Positions 21,940-33,259 of a DNA stretch of 64,000 nt are shown in pieces; within the stretch, counting starts at the first letter, position 1, and every line of letters starts with the position of its first letter. The position numbers and the translations under genes are program-made. A model generated the notes under the pieces. That model had not been told where the DNA came from, ran no database searches, and saw nothing but the letters and a program-made list of their open reading frames with translations. Source of the DNA: an uncultured Acidimicrobiaceae bacterium (GTDB lineage: Bacteria; Actinomycetota; Acidimicrobiia; Acidimicrobiales; Bog-793); the NCBI GenBank assembly GCA_963804765.1, contig CAWDRQ010000026.1, positions 39,623 to 103,622 of the forward strand, in the 5' to 3' direction.

Positions 21940-22632
21940 ATGGCCCATAGAGTGCTGCTAGTGGAGGACGACGAACGGATCCGCGCTTCCATGCGTCTTT
22001 CGCTCGAGGACGAAGGCTACGAGGTCGAAGAGGCGGGCACCGGCGAAGAGGCAATTGAGCTCCAGACTCAAGCACTTGTCTCAAATCCGTTCGATTTGCT
22101 CGTTGTCGACATCATGCTGCCCGGGATGGACGGATTCGAGTGCTGTCGCGAGCTCCGAAAGGCGAGTGCCGTGCCGATCATCATGGTCACGGCTCGAACC
22201 GACACCCACGACGTCGTGGCCGGCCTCGAGGCCGGCGCTGATGACTACGTCACCAAGCCGTTCGAGCCCAAGGAGCTGGCCGCCCGCATCCGAGCGTTGC
22301 TGCGAAGAGCCCGTTCGGGCGAACCGGGACTCGTGCAACTCGAGTTCGGCGATCTCGAGATACTTCCGGAGGCCGGCGTCGTGCGCCGCAACGGCGAGGA
22401 AGTCCACCTGACGCGCACCGAATTCCTGCTGTTGTGTGAGCTGGCGGCCAACGCGGGCAAAGTCCTGTCGCGTGAGCAATTGCTCGAACGTGTGTGGAGC
22501 TACGACTACTTCGGGGACGGACGGCTCGTCGATGTCCACGTCCGGCGCCTGCGCACCAAGATCGAGAGTGACCCTAGTGAGCCGCGCCATGTGCTCACGG
22601 TGCGCGGCCTCGGATACAAGCTCGCTCCATAG
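21940..22632 (+). CDS. OmpR-family response regulator (MtrA/AfsQ1-like)
   Basis: VLLVEDD, DIMLPGMDG, GADDYVTKPF, VWSYDYFGDGRLVDVHVRRLRTKIE, TVRGLGYK. Confidence 0.92.
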   Translation: MAHRVLLVEDDERIRASMRLSLEDEGYEVEEAGTGEEAIELQTQALVSNPFDLLVVDIMLPGMDGFECCRELRKASAVPIIMVTARTDTHDVVAGLEAGADDYVTKPFEPKELAARIRALLRRARSGEPGLVQLEFGDLEILPEAGVVRRNGEEVHLTRTEFLLLCELAANAGKVLSREQLLERVWSYDYFGDGRLVDVHVRRLRTKIESDPSEPRHVLTVRGLGYKLAP

Positions 22633-22634
22633 CG

Positions 22635-24117
22635 ATGGAGGCCGACGGTGTGCCGACAGATCCGGCTTCGCCAGAGTCCCCGGCCATTCCGACGAATGTT
22701 CCTGAGCCTGCCCACGGGCGCCAAAAACGTCGCCTCGGGCTGCGTGCCAGAGTCACCACCGCGTTCGCGCTCGGAGCCTTGGCCCTCTCCAGCGTCCTGG
22801 CGGGCATCGGCTACGTAGCGGTCCGGTCCTCGATCGTCAACCAGCAGCTCGCCTCCATGCGGCACCAGGCCTTGGCCAACGCAGTCCTGCTGCGGGGCGA
22901 GCTCAGAGTTCCGACTGCCTACATCGCGGCGCTGATCACGACGCTGGACTCCGGCCCGAACACCAACTCGCTCATCTACAGCACGAGCCACTGGTACCCG
23001 TCGTCCGCTACCCTGTCGCCCCGTCAACTGCCCCTGGCACTCAGGACACGCGTGCTCGCGGGCTCACCGGCCTGGCAGCTCATCGGATCTTCCGGTGTTG
23101 CCCAGCTCATCGTCGGGGTGCCGATCCACGCCGAGTCCGCCTCTCACAGCGAGAACGCCGCCTACTTCGAGATCTTCGACTTGTCAGACCTCACGAGAAC
23201 CTTGCACACCTTGCTGGCCGCTCTCACGATCGCAGCCCTGATCACCACGGTCGCGGGAGCTGTCTTGGGCCGTTGGGCGGCTGCCCGCCGCGCTACGGCC
23301 GTTGCGCGAGACCACACAGGCGGCGCTCGCGATCGCCGGAGGGCGCCTGGGCACACGTCTCGAGAGTGCCTACTTCGCCGATCTTGCGCCGTTCGCTTCG
23401 GCCTTCAACCAGATGGTGGACCAACTTCAAGAACGCATCGAACGCGAGGCCCGCTTCACCTCTGACGTCAACCACGAGCTCCGTTCCCCGCTCACGACCC
23501 TCGCCAACTCGCTCTCGGTCCTCGAGGCAAGACGCGAAGAACTGCCGCCCAGGGCACTCCAGGCGCTTGATCTTCTCGGCGCCGAGGTCCGAAGGTTTCG
23601 GCGGCTCGTCGACGAGCTTCTCGAGATCTCGCGCTTTGACGCAACGCCAGGGGACATCTCCCGCGACGAGGTGACCGTGGGATCGCTCGTCGAGCACACG
23701 GTCCAAGCCACCGGCGCCGACGTGCCGGTAAGTTTCGCGCCCGGGGTCGCGTCACAGCACATACTGGTGGACAAGCGTCGTTTCGAACGGATCTTCGCCA
23801 ACCTGTTCGAGAACGCACAGCGCTACGCCGGCGGTGTGACGCTGTTGGCCGTCGAGGATCACGGCGACTTCGTGCGTTTCTTCGTCGAGGATGCCGGGCC
23901 GGGGATCGCTCCCGAGGAGCGGGACCGGATCTTCGAACGGTTCTCGCGGGGCTCCATGGGCCGGCGCCGCGGACTCGGCGACGGCACCGGTCTCGGGCTG
24001 GCGATCGTCGCGCAGCATGTGAGCCAGCATGGCGGCCGGGTGTGGGTCGAGGACCGTCTGGGCGGAGGCTCACGTTTCGTCGTTGAGCTCCCGGCATGGA
24101 GCGAGGTCGTGGCGTGA
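22635..24117 (+). CDS. HAMP-domain sensor histidine kinase (frameshift near 23290)
   Basis: Two TM helices in first frame; DVNHELRSPLT H-box, ANLFENA, DAGPG, IFERF, GTGLGL in second frame. Confidence 0.88.
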
Positions 24118-24701
24118 GGCTCCGGAGGCTCGTCGCACTTGGGTGCCTTGGTGCTGTGATGACCGTCGTTGCCGGTTGCGGGCTTCCGATCGACAACTCG
24201 CCACAGGCGATCCCGGCCGACGAGATGCCCCTGGCCCTCAGCCAGCCGAGTGCGACGATCCCCAGCGTGTCGAGGCTGCTTGGCTCGATCCCGGAGGAGA
24301 TCTACCTCCTCGGACCGGACGCCCAACTGGTGGGACGAGTTCGGTACCTTCGCCCACCTCCGACGCCACAGGAGATGCTCGATGCTCTCGAGGCGGGCCC
24401 GGCGCCAACGGAGCTGGACCAGGGCATCCAAAGCGCAATCCCTTCATCGGCCAACCTCGTCTCCGGTGGTCTGGGCGCGGGCGTGCTGACCGTGTTGCTC
24501 GACTCCAGCTTCGGGTCACTCCGCCCGGGTCAGTCGATCTACGAGCTCGCGCAGATCGTCTACACCGTGACGTCCCTCCCGCAGGTGCACGGCGTGCTGT
24601 TCGAGTACGAAGATGCGTTCATCCAACCCGTGGTTGGCAACGGCTCGTTCGCGACAGGCTTCGTCGTGCATCGCGCCGACTATGCGCAGCTGTTCCCGTG
24701 A
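24114..24701 (+). CDS. GerMN-domain lipoprotein (LpqB/AfsQ3-like accessory)
   Basis: Lipobox VAGC; LEAGP...QGIQSAIP, AQIVYTVT; overlaps kinase stop (GTGA). Confidence 0.75.
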   Translation: MRLRRLVALGCLGAVMTVVAGCGLPIDNSPQAIPADEMPLALSQPSATIPSVSRLLGSIPEEIYLLGPDAQLVGRVRYLRPPPTPQEMLDALEAGPAPTELDQGIQSAIPSSANLVSGGLGAGVLTVLLDSSFGSLRPGQSIYELAQIVYTVTSLPQVHGVLFEYEDAFIQPVVGNGSFATGFVVHRADYAQLFP

Positions 24702-24747
24702 CCCAGCCGCGATGCGTCGAGGATCGTCCCGACGCGCTGGGAAGGCT

Positions 24748-25122
24748 CTAGGACTCGACCCTGACGCGATGTGGCTCCGGTCCGAGCCGTTCCACCCGGG
24801 GCGCGTCGGCCCAGAGTCGTTCCAGGTCGTAGTAGCGCCGCGCCTCGGCGAGGAACACGTGGACGACGAACTCGCCGTAGTCCAGCAACACCCAGCGGGC
24901 GTCGTCCAAGCCCTCGATGTAGAGGGGCGAGCCACCCCCTTGCTCCTTGACGCGCAGCTCGATCTCCTCGGCGATGGTGCGAACCTGGCGCACGTTGCCC
25001 CCGCTCGTGATCACGAAGTGGTCCGTGATCCCGAGAAGGTCCCCGACGTCGAGCACCACGGTCGAATCGGCGGTCTTTGACGAGGCGGCACCAGCCGCGA
25101 CGAACACGCAGTCGGGGCTCAA
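24748..25122 (-). CDS. rsfS: Ribosome silencing factor
   Basis: ITDHFVITSG, WVLLDYGEFVVHVF, RRYYDLERLWADAP; downstream of nadD. Confidence 0.93.
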   Translation of the reverse strand: MSPDCVFVAAGAASSKTADSTVVLDVGDLLGITDHFVITSGGNVRQVRTIAEEIELRVKEQGGGSPLYIEGLDDARWVLLDYGEFVVHVFLAEARRYYDLERLWADAPRVERLGPEPHRVRVES

Positions 25123-25228
25123 CGCGACCCGGAGGCCCTTTGGTCGAGCCGGCCGAGGCGAAACACGTCAGCACGCCGCACACGACCGGACGCGTCCCGG
25201 GGTGCGAACCGGGGCTTGGCGTGGCGGC

Positions 25229-25840
25229 TCATCTGGGCACAGGGTACAGGCCGCGTTTGCGGATGACGTGGATGGCGGACATGGGGACAAGGAAGTCTAG
25301 GGGGCGCCCCGACGCAACCCGATCGCGCAAGTCGGTGCTCGATATCTCGAGTGCCGGCACCTCCACCATGCGGACGTCCCAGCCTTCGAGAGGGCTGTCG
25401 GGGCCCGATGGGTCGATGGTGGTGCCGGGCCGGTTGACCACCACCAGGACCACCTTGGATCTGACCTCGGCGATCCGCTCCCAGCCGCCGAGCCCTGCAG
25501 CGGCATCAGCGCCGACGATCAGGTTCAGCTCGACGCCGGGCCACCGGGCCTCGAGCTCGGCCACGGTGTCGGCGGTGTAAGAGGGCCCGCCCCGGTCGAT
25601 CTCCATGCCGCTTGCCTCGAGCCCCTCGACACCTTCGACGGCAGCCTCCACCAGCGCCAAACGGTCGGCGGCAGGCGTGACGGGGCGGTTCCCCACCTTC
25701 TGCCAGGGCTCGTTCGCCACGACGAGCAGTACCCTGTCGAGGCCGAGCTCGTGTCGCGCGTTCACGGCTGCCACGAGATGACCGACGTGCACGGGATCAA
25801 AGGTCCCCCCGAGGATGCCGACTCGCAGAGACCCGCGCAC
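25229..25840 (-). CDS. nadD: Nicotinate-nucleotide adenylyltransferase
   Basis: [39 protein letters not shown]. Confidence 0.95.
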   Translation of the reverse strand: MRGSLRVGILGGTFDPVHVGHLVAAVNARHELGLDRVLLVVANEPWQKVGNRPVTPAADRLALVEAAVEGVEGLEASGMEIDRGGPSYTADTVAELEARWPGVELNLIVGADAAAGLGGWERIAEVRSKVVLVVVNRPGTTIDPSGPDSPLEGWDVRMVEVPALEISSTDLRDRVASGRPLDFLVPMSAIHVIRKRGLYPVPR

Positions 25841-25944
25841 GAGCGAAGCGTAGCGACCACTCGAGCTCGTCCCGTGCCAGGTGGACCGCTCCTCGAGCCG
25901 CCGGTACGCGAGGTCCGGCTCGTGCAGCTGCGTACGCTGGTGAG

Positions 25945-27355
25945 GTGAGGACCACATCGGATTCGGCGCAGCAGGATCTCTTCGGCAACACCAGTCCGAC
26001 TACGGCGGCGCCGGCCGCGGGCTGGCACCCGGCCTCGTGGCACACGCGCCCCGCCGCGCACCAGCCGTCGTGGCCCGATCCCGCCGCGCACGCCGAGGTC
26101 CTTGCCCGACTGGCGGCGCTCCCACCGCTCGTGTTTGCCGGCGAGGCGCGCCGTCTCACCCGCGCCCTCGGCGATGTCGCCGCCGGCAAGGCCTTCCTGC
26201 TCCAAGCCGGCGACTGCGCGGAATCATTCGACGACTTCTCGGCCGACTCGATCCGCGACAAGCTGAAGGTCATCTTGCAGATGGCGGTCGTCCTCACCTA
26301 CGGCTCGGGTGTCCCGGTCGTGAAAGTCGGCCGGATCGCCGGCCAGTTCGCCAAACCCCGCTCTTCGGCCACCGAGCTCGTCGGCGATGTCGAGCTGCCG
26401 GTGTTCCGGGGCCACATCATCAACGACGCCGTGCCGACCGCGGCCGCGGCGAGTGCCCGAGCCCGGGCGCATGCTGGCTGCCTACCACCAGTCGGCCTCG
26501 ACGCTGAACCTGCTTCGTGCCTTCACCAAGGGCGGCTTCGCCGACCTGTCGCAAGTGCACCTGTGGAATCTCCAGTTTCTCGCGACGAGCACCGCGGGCC
26601 GACGCTTCGAAGCCATAGCGGAGGAGATCGACCGCGCTCTCCGCTTCATGAGAGCGTGCGGGGTCGATCTCTCGGTCGACTCGCCCATACACCAGGTCGA
26701 CCTGTTCACCAGCCACGAGGCCCTGCTGCTCGACTACGAGGAGGCGCTCACTCGAAGGGACTCGCTCACCGGTGACTGGTACGACTGTTCTGCCCACCTG
26801 CTCTGGATCGGAGAGCGCACCCGCGAAATTGACGGCGCTCATGTCGAGTTCGCGTCGGGGATCGGGAACCCGGTCGAAGTCAAGCTCGGGCCGACCGCGA
26901 CCCCCGACGAGGCGGTAGCGCTCTGTGAGCGACTGAACGCCGCTCGGGCACCGGGTCGGCTCACCTTCGTGACCCGGATGGGTGTCGACAAGGTCCGCAG
27001 CGCCCTCCCGCCGCTCGTTCGCGCGGTGTCCGCCGCCGGCCACCGGGTGGCTTGGGTCTGCGATCCGATGCACGGCAACACCTTTTCGAGTGACTCCGGC
27101 CACAAGACACGCCACTTCGATGACGTGCTCGGAGAGATCCAAGGGTTCTTCGCCGTTCACAAGGCCGAGGGCAGCTGGCCCGGAGGAATGCACATCGAGC
27201 TGACCGGTGATGACGTGACCGAGTGTCTCGGCGGGATCGAGGGAATCCTGGAGACGCAGTTGCCACTGCGGTACACGACCACGTGCGACCCCCGCCTCAA
27301 CGCCCGTCAGTCCACCGACCTAGCGTTCCGCGTGGCCGAGCTCCTGCGCGGGTGA
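25945..27355 (+). CDS. Class II DAHP synthase (frameshift near 26450)
   Basis: [33 protein letters not shown]; [32 protein letters not shown] in second frame. Confidence 0.92.
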
Positions 27356-27422
27356 GCACCAGCACACGGTGGCTCTGGGGTCAAAGGTGACAAAGTGATC
27401 AATGTTTTGTATTGGTGACGAT

Positions 27423-27442
27423 GAGTGGCATAGAATCCACTC
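27423..27442 (+). promoter_or_regulatory. Candidate -10 (TAGAAT) enclosed by inverted repeat GAGTGG/CCACTC
   Basis: GAGTGG-CATAGAAT-CCACTC in an AT-rich patch ~120 bp upstream of the repeat-protein gene. Confidence 0.45.
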
Positions 27443-27557
27443 TTAGCGTTCGCAACACCTGCAAGAGGTCCGCACCGTGCTCCGGACCAGTCGGCGAGCA
27501 GCCGGCGCTTCACGGCTCATCTGGAGGCGACGGGGACGCCCCGAATCATGAGGTGCC

Positions 27558-30500
27558 ATGGCAGCGACATCGATCATGAGTGGCCGGCGCCGACCGAGCC
27601 GTCTTGCGATGATCCCCTTTGTCGCGATCGCGTGCGGGCTCGGCCTCGGCACCAGTTCGTTGTTCGGCACGAGCGATGCCGGTGCCACCTCGGGGCTCGG
27701 CACTGGCGCGGCGGTCCAATTCGCCAGAAGCGCCCGAGGACCGCGGCTCTCACCGGCTCGAAGTCAACCGCAAGCGCGCAGGCCACCGTGGCGCCCAAGC
27801 TCGCCTATGTTCTCGCCGAGGCCAACGGCAAGGTGGAGCCGCTGGGCGGAGCCGCCTACTACGGCTCTGCGTTCGGCGCGAACCTCAGCGCTCCCGTCGT
27901 CGCCCTGGTCTCCACCCCTGACCGCAAGGGTTACTGGCTGATCGGCGCCGACGCCAGCGTGTACCCGTTCGGGGATGCCCTCGACGAGGGCGGTGCCGGG
28001 GGCAAGATGCGGCCGGACCCCGTCGTGGCCGCCGCGGCGACTCCCGACGGCGCCGGGTACTGGCTGGTCACCTCGTCCGGCCATGTGATGGCCTTCGGAG
28101 ACGCCCAGAGCTACGGATCGATCACGACACCGATCAGGGCCCATGTCGTGGGGATGGCGGCCACCTCCGACGGCAAGGGATATTGGGTCGTTTGCAGCAC
28201 AGGAGGTGTCTTCAACTTCGGTGACGCGCCCTTCTACGGGTCTGCGAAAGCCGGCACCGCGGGCCTGCCCATCGTCGCGATGGCGGCGAGGCCCGGCGGC
28301 GGAGGGTACTGGCTCGCCGATGCGAACGGGACCGTGTTCAACTTCGGCGACGCGCCCCGGCTGACGATGCCGTCTCCGCTGGACGCCACGTCGCCGGTCG
28401 TGGGTCTCGCAGTCACCCCTGACGGCACAGGAGCCTGGATGGTCGAGCTGGACGGCACCGTCCTCAGCCTCGGCACCGCCACCGCCAGCGGTTCGCTCAC
28501 CGGCGTGCTCGCCACCTCGCCTGTCGTCTCCATCGCCGAGGTGATGGTGCCACCTCCCAGCAATCTCGCCTACGACCTCGCCGAGGCCAACGGCAAAGTG
28601 GAGGCGATCGGGGGTGCCGCCTACTACGGCTCTGCGTTCGGCACGCCCCTGGTCGCTCCCGTCATCGCCCTGGTCTCCACCCCTGACCGCAGGGGCTACT
28701 GGCTGATCGGCGCCGACGCCAGCGTGTTCCCGTTCGGGGATGCCCTCGACGAGGGCGGTGCCGGCGGCAAGGTGCGGCCGGACCCGGTCGTGGCCGCCGC
28801 GGCGACTCCCGGCGGCCGCGGGTACTGGCTCGTGACCTCTTCCGGCCATGTGATGGCCTTCGGTGACGCCACGAACTATGGCTCGCTCTCAGCGACGATC
28901 GGGGCCCATGTGGTGGCGATGGTGGCCACGGCCGACGGCAAGGGATATTGGATAGCTCTCAGCTCGGGCGGCGTCTTCACCTTCGGTGATGCCCAGGTCT
29001 ACTGGGGCCCCGCCACCGCGGGCGTGCCGATTGTCGCGATGGCGGCGACGCCCGACGGCGGCGGGTACTGGCTCGCCGGGGCGAACGGGACAGTCTTCAG
29101 CTTCGGCGACGCACTTCACCTGGCACCGCTGTCTCCGGCGAGGGTCTCGTCGCCCGTCGTAGGTCTCACCGTCGCCCCCGACGGCAGAGGAGCGTGGATG
29201 GCCGAGCAGAACGGCACCGTCTTGAGCCTCGGAACCGCCACCGCCCGCGGTTCGCTCACCGGTGTGCGTTCCACCTCGCCAGTCACCTCGATCGGTGCCG
29301 TGCTGATGCCGCCTCCCGACACTCTCGCCTACGACCTCGCCGAGGCCAATGGCAAGGTGGCAGCACTCGGGAGAGCCGCATACTACGGCTCTGCTTTCGG
29401 CAAGCACCTGGTCGCTCCCATCATCGCCCTCGTCTCCACTCCTGACCGCAAGGGTTATTGGCTTGTCGGCGCCGACGGCAGCGTCTACCGGTTCGGGGAC
29501 GCCCGCAACGAGGGCGGTGCCGGGGGCAAAGTGCGGCCGGACCCCGTCGTGGCCGCCGCGGCGACTCCCGACGGCGGCGGGTACTGGCTCGTGACCTCTT
29601 CCGGCCATGTGATGGCCTTCGGTGACGCGGTGAACTACGGCTCGATCAGGTCGCCAGTCTCGGGCCACGTAATCGCGATAGTGGCCACCACCGACGGAAA
29701 GGGATACTGGATCGCTTGCAGCACCGGGGGGGTCTCCAACTTCGGCGACGCCGTGTTCTACGGCTCGGCGAATGCCGCCACCGCCGGCCTGCCCATCGTC
29801 GCGATGGCGGCGACTCCCGACGGCGGCGGGTACTGGCTCGCCGACGCGAACGGGACCGTCTTCGGCTTCGGCGACGCGGTCCAGCTGGCGACGTTCGCGC
29901 CAGTCAGAGCCACATCCCCCGTCGTGGGTCTCGCCGTCACCCCCGACGGCTCAGGAGACTGGATGGCCGAGCAGAACGGCACAGTCCTCAGTTTCGGCAC
30001 CGCGGCCGCCCACGGCGCTCTCACCGGCGCGTTGGCCACCTCGCCAGTCACCTCCATCGCCGCCATGCCGGTTGCGACCGTCTCGCCGCTCCAGTACCCG
30101 AGTGGCAGCTTCGGCTACGACATCAACTGGCCCCAGTGCGCAAAACCCGGGTCGTCTCAGACAGTCGCGCTCCCGGGCCCGCCGTCCTACCCCTCCGGGA
30201 CCATCGATTACGCCGTGGCCATCGTCGGCGTCGACGGCTGGGCCGTCGGCAAGTACAACTCCTGCCTGCAGGCCGAGGCCAAATGGGCGGCGATGGCCCT
30301 GGGCACAGGCGGCGCACCGTACGACCTCTACATGTTCCTCAACTCCCCGTCGTCGTCCGACACGATCGACCAGCAGGGACCGGCGGGAACGTGCTCCGAT
30401 CTCCCCGCCGCAAGTCTGACGGCTTGCCTCGCCTACAACTACGGATACAACGCCGCTCAGAGCGCCGTCGAGTACGCGACCTCGCAGGGCGCCGCGTCGC

Positions 30501-30877
30501 AGGTGTGGTGGCTCGACGTCGAGAACGACATTTGTGGGCAGTACTGGTCGTGCAACCAGGCGCTGAACTCCGCGACGATCCAGGGTGCACTCGACTACCT
30601 GCACTCCCTGAAGCTCACGGCCGGGATCTACTCGACTACGGTGCAGTGGCAGGGAATCACGGGCGGCTACGTGCCCTCGGGCCCGCAAGTCCCGATCTGG
30701 GTCGCAGGCGCCTACTGGACCTCACCTCCGTATCCGTCGAGCTTCGGCTACTCCCCCCCGGCGGTGCTCGCTGCCTACTGCGGTGCGAAGTACGCCTTCG
30801 CCGGCGGGGACACGTGGCTCTTGCAGGAGACGCCCGGCCCGAACGACTACCCCTTCGACCCCGACTACGCGTGCTGA
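27558..30877 (+). CDS. Large secreted protein: 3 modules of GYWL/FGDA beta-propeller-like repeats plus C-terminal GH25/DUF1906-like glycoside hydrolase domain (probable frameshift near 27740)
   Basis: Signal-like N-terminus in the 27558 frame (RRRPSRLAMIPFVAIACGLGLG); ~42-aa repeats TPDGxGYWL...VFxFGDA; C-terminal GYDINWPQC, WWLDVE, GIYST, DPDYAC. Confidence 0.75.
27800..30070 (+). repeat. Three ~760-bp direct repeats within the secreted protein gene
   Basis: Modules begin with LAY(V/D)LAEANGKV at 27800, 28565, 29324, with long near-identical nucleotide stretches. Confidence 0.92.
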
Positions 30878-30899
30878 GACCGTGCGCGGCCCGCGTTCC

Positions 30900-31658
30900 T
30901 CAAGAGCGGCCCGCCAGCCCCGACTGTTCCCGGCGGACCCACGAGGGGGCGGGGACGCGCAATCCGCCGGGTTCGCCAGTTCGGTGCGGATCGAGGTGGG
31001 CGGCGTCGTTGAACCGCACGAGCCACCACCGCGTCCCCGTGAAGGCCCACTCGGTCACCGACGCGTTGTCGGGATGAAAGCGGACCAGGCCTCCGTTCGA
31101 CGGCAGAACGAGGAACCGGATGAGCGAGGCTTCGATGACGCCTCCGTGGCCCGACACCACGACCAGCTCCCCCGGATGCGCCTCCACGAGCCGATACAGG
31201 GCGTCCTCCGCACGGTCGAGGAGCTCGAGCCAGCTCTCCCCACCGGGTGAGAGCGGCCGGCCGGGATCGTCACCTGGTAACAGGCGTCCGTAACGCTCGT
31301 CGAATTCGCTCCATGTGAGCCCGTCCGCCTCGCCAGGGTGCCGCTCGCAGAGCGAGCACCGGGCCTCGTAGGTGACGCCCCCGAGAGCGGGAAGCAGGAT
31401 CTCCGCGGTTTCCACGGCGCGGCGCAGGACGCTCGAGTAGAGCGCCACCGCACCCTCGAGCTCGCCGGTGCGCCGGAGGCGGTCGGCGAGCGCGCCTACC
31501 TGGAGCCGGCCTCGCTCGGTGAGCCCTCGACAGCCAACATGGCCCGCGACCAGATCCTCCGCGTTGCTCACGGCCTCGCCGTGACGGACAATCACGAGCC
31601 TGGTACCTGGCGCGACCCGCCTTCCGGGCGCGAACTGCCGCTCGAGCGCGATCGCCAT
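30900..31658 (-). CDS. Histidine phosphatase family protein
   Basis: VRHGE catalytic motif, SSVLRRAVET, GGES, HGGVI, NASVT. Confidence 0.9.
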   Translation of the reverse strand: MAIALERQFAPGRRVAPGTRLVIVRHGEAVSNAEDLVAGHVGCRGLTERGRLQVGALADRLRRTGELEGAVALYSSVLRRAVETAEILLPALGGVTYEARCSLCERHPGEADGLTWSEFDERYGRLLPGDDPGRPLSPGGESWLELLDRAEDALYRLVEAHPGELVVVSGHGGVIEASLIRFLVLPSNGGLVRFHPDNASVTEWAFTGTRWWLVRFNDAAHLDPHRTGEPGGLRVPAPSWVRREQSGLAGRS

Positions 31659-31721
31659 TGCGCGAACAATACCCGGTGTCCAGCTGGGCGAGAGGGCGTT
31701 ATGAGCCGCGGCGCCCCTTTG

Positions 31722-33229
31722 TCACGTCAGGTGCTCAACGAAGGCCTCGAGCTGGCGTAGGTTGCGACACTCGTACGCGGCGTCGCAGTACTGGGCGTAC
31801 TGCTCGAGGATCGAATCGCCGCTCCCCCAGTAGGAACGGGGCTCCGGGTTCAGCCAGAACACCCTCCGCGCCGCGGTGGCGAAGCTCGCGGACGACCCAT
31901 GCCTGCGAGGCGTGGTAATTATTCCGCGCATCGCCGAGCAGCAAGATGCTCGCCTTCGGACCGATCTCATGGCCCCAGCGTTCGTAGAAGACCGTGAGGG
32001 CGTGCCCGTAATCGGAGTGCCCGTCCACCCAGACCACATCTGCGTCGAGGTTGACCCGGTGCACCGCTTCGGTGACGGTGTCGGACCGGTCGAAGATCCC
32101 CGTCACCTCGTCGATGCCGTCGATGAACACAAAGCTGCGCACCTTGGAGAACTGTGACGCGATCGCATAGACGAGATGCAAGGTGAAACGGGCGAACGCC
32201 GCCACCGAGCCCGAGATGTCGGCGATCACCCAGATCTCGGGCTTTGCCTGCTTGGGATGCTTGAAACGCGGCTCGACCGGCACACCCCCGTAGGAGAGGG
32301 AATGCCTCATCGTCGAGCGGAAGTCCAAAGGGCCCCTGCGCAGGTGACGACGCTTGCGGGCAAGTCGGGTCGCCAGCTTGCGGGTGAGGGGCTGGATTGC
32401 CTTGCGCATCGCCTCGAGCTCGTCGCGCGTGGCGTGCATGAACTCGACGTCCTCCGGCAGCGGCTTGCGCACGCTGCCGCGCGAGCGCCTCGGCCCCTCG
32501 GTCGGCGACCAGGAGGCGCCTGATCTCGGCCTCGATCTGCTTCTTCAGCTCATCGATGCGGGCGCGGTACTCGTCCTCGAGCAGTCGCTCCTCCAAAGAG
32601 GTCAGCCGACCTGGACGTCGGCCCCGCAGCACCGGTCCGCCCGGGCCCTCGCCGTCCGTCGACGGCCCGGGCGGGGCCAATCCGTCGACGGCCAGCGCGC
32701 GCGCCTGGGCCACGAGCCGGGCGAGCACGCCGTCGAGGTCGAGATTCCGGAGAGTCCTGTAGAGGTAGTACGTGCCGCCGACCGGACGACCTGTCTCCAT
32801 CGCCGAAAAACGCGCCACAGCGAGGCGTGCGACGGCGCCGAGCAGCACTTGATCGCCATCGCGGACGGCTCTGAACAGCATCGCCGCGATCTCCTCGGGC
32901 GTTACCGGCTGCAGGACGCCGGCGGTAGAAGGCGTTCGGCCTTCGCCCTCGCCGGGCGCCGGCCCCAGGCCCGCCTCGGGCAAGGCGTCATCCTGGCTGA
33001 CCGAGAACTGCGGTCCCCGCATCGAGAAGTAGATCTCGAAAGCGGTGTCGAAGGCCCGCCAGTGATTCGCGGACTTCACGAGAGTCGCGCCCAGGGCGAA
33101 CTTGATTGCCTGTCGGTCCTCGAGCGGTAGGTGGCCGATGGCCTCCGCCGCGTCGGCCTCTTCTGCCACCGACACGGGAAGGCCGGCCTGCCGCAGCTCG
33201 GCCACGAACCCGGTGAGGACGTCGAGCAC
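31722..33229 (-). CDS. VWA-domain CoxE-like protein (frameshifts near 32478 and 31870)
   Basis: ELRQAGLPVS, LDFRSTMRHSL, MIDAS DISGS, GHSDYG, LLGDARNNY, WLNPEP, ECRNLRQL across three frames. Confidence 0.82.
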
Positions 33230-33259
33230 GGACGAGGGCTCTGCTCAGTGTGCCGGTCG

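Noticed and set aside
27440-27557. c-di-AMP (ydaO) or c-di-GMP riboswitch
   Set aside because: Expected conserved segments (e.g. GGGGAACC...GGGGTGAAT...CAGCTAAC, or GGCAAAC...GCAAAGC) are not visible.
27800-30070. Long direct repeats as DGR template/variable repeats or an assembly duplication
   Set aside because: No reverse transcriptase in the window, differences do not look adenine-specific, and copies are diverged and in frame, consistent with domain duplication.
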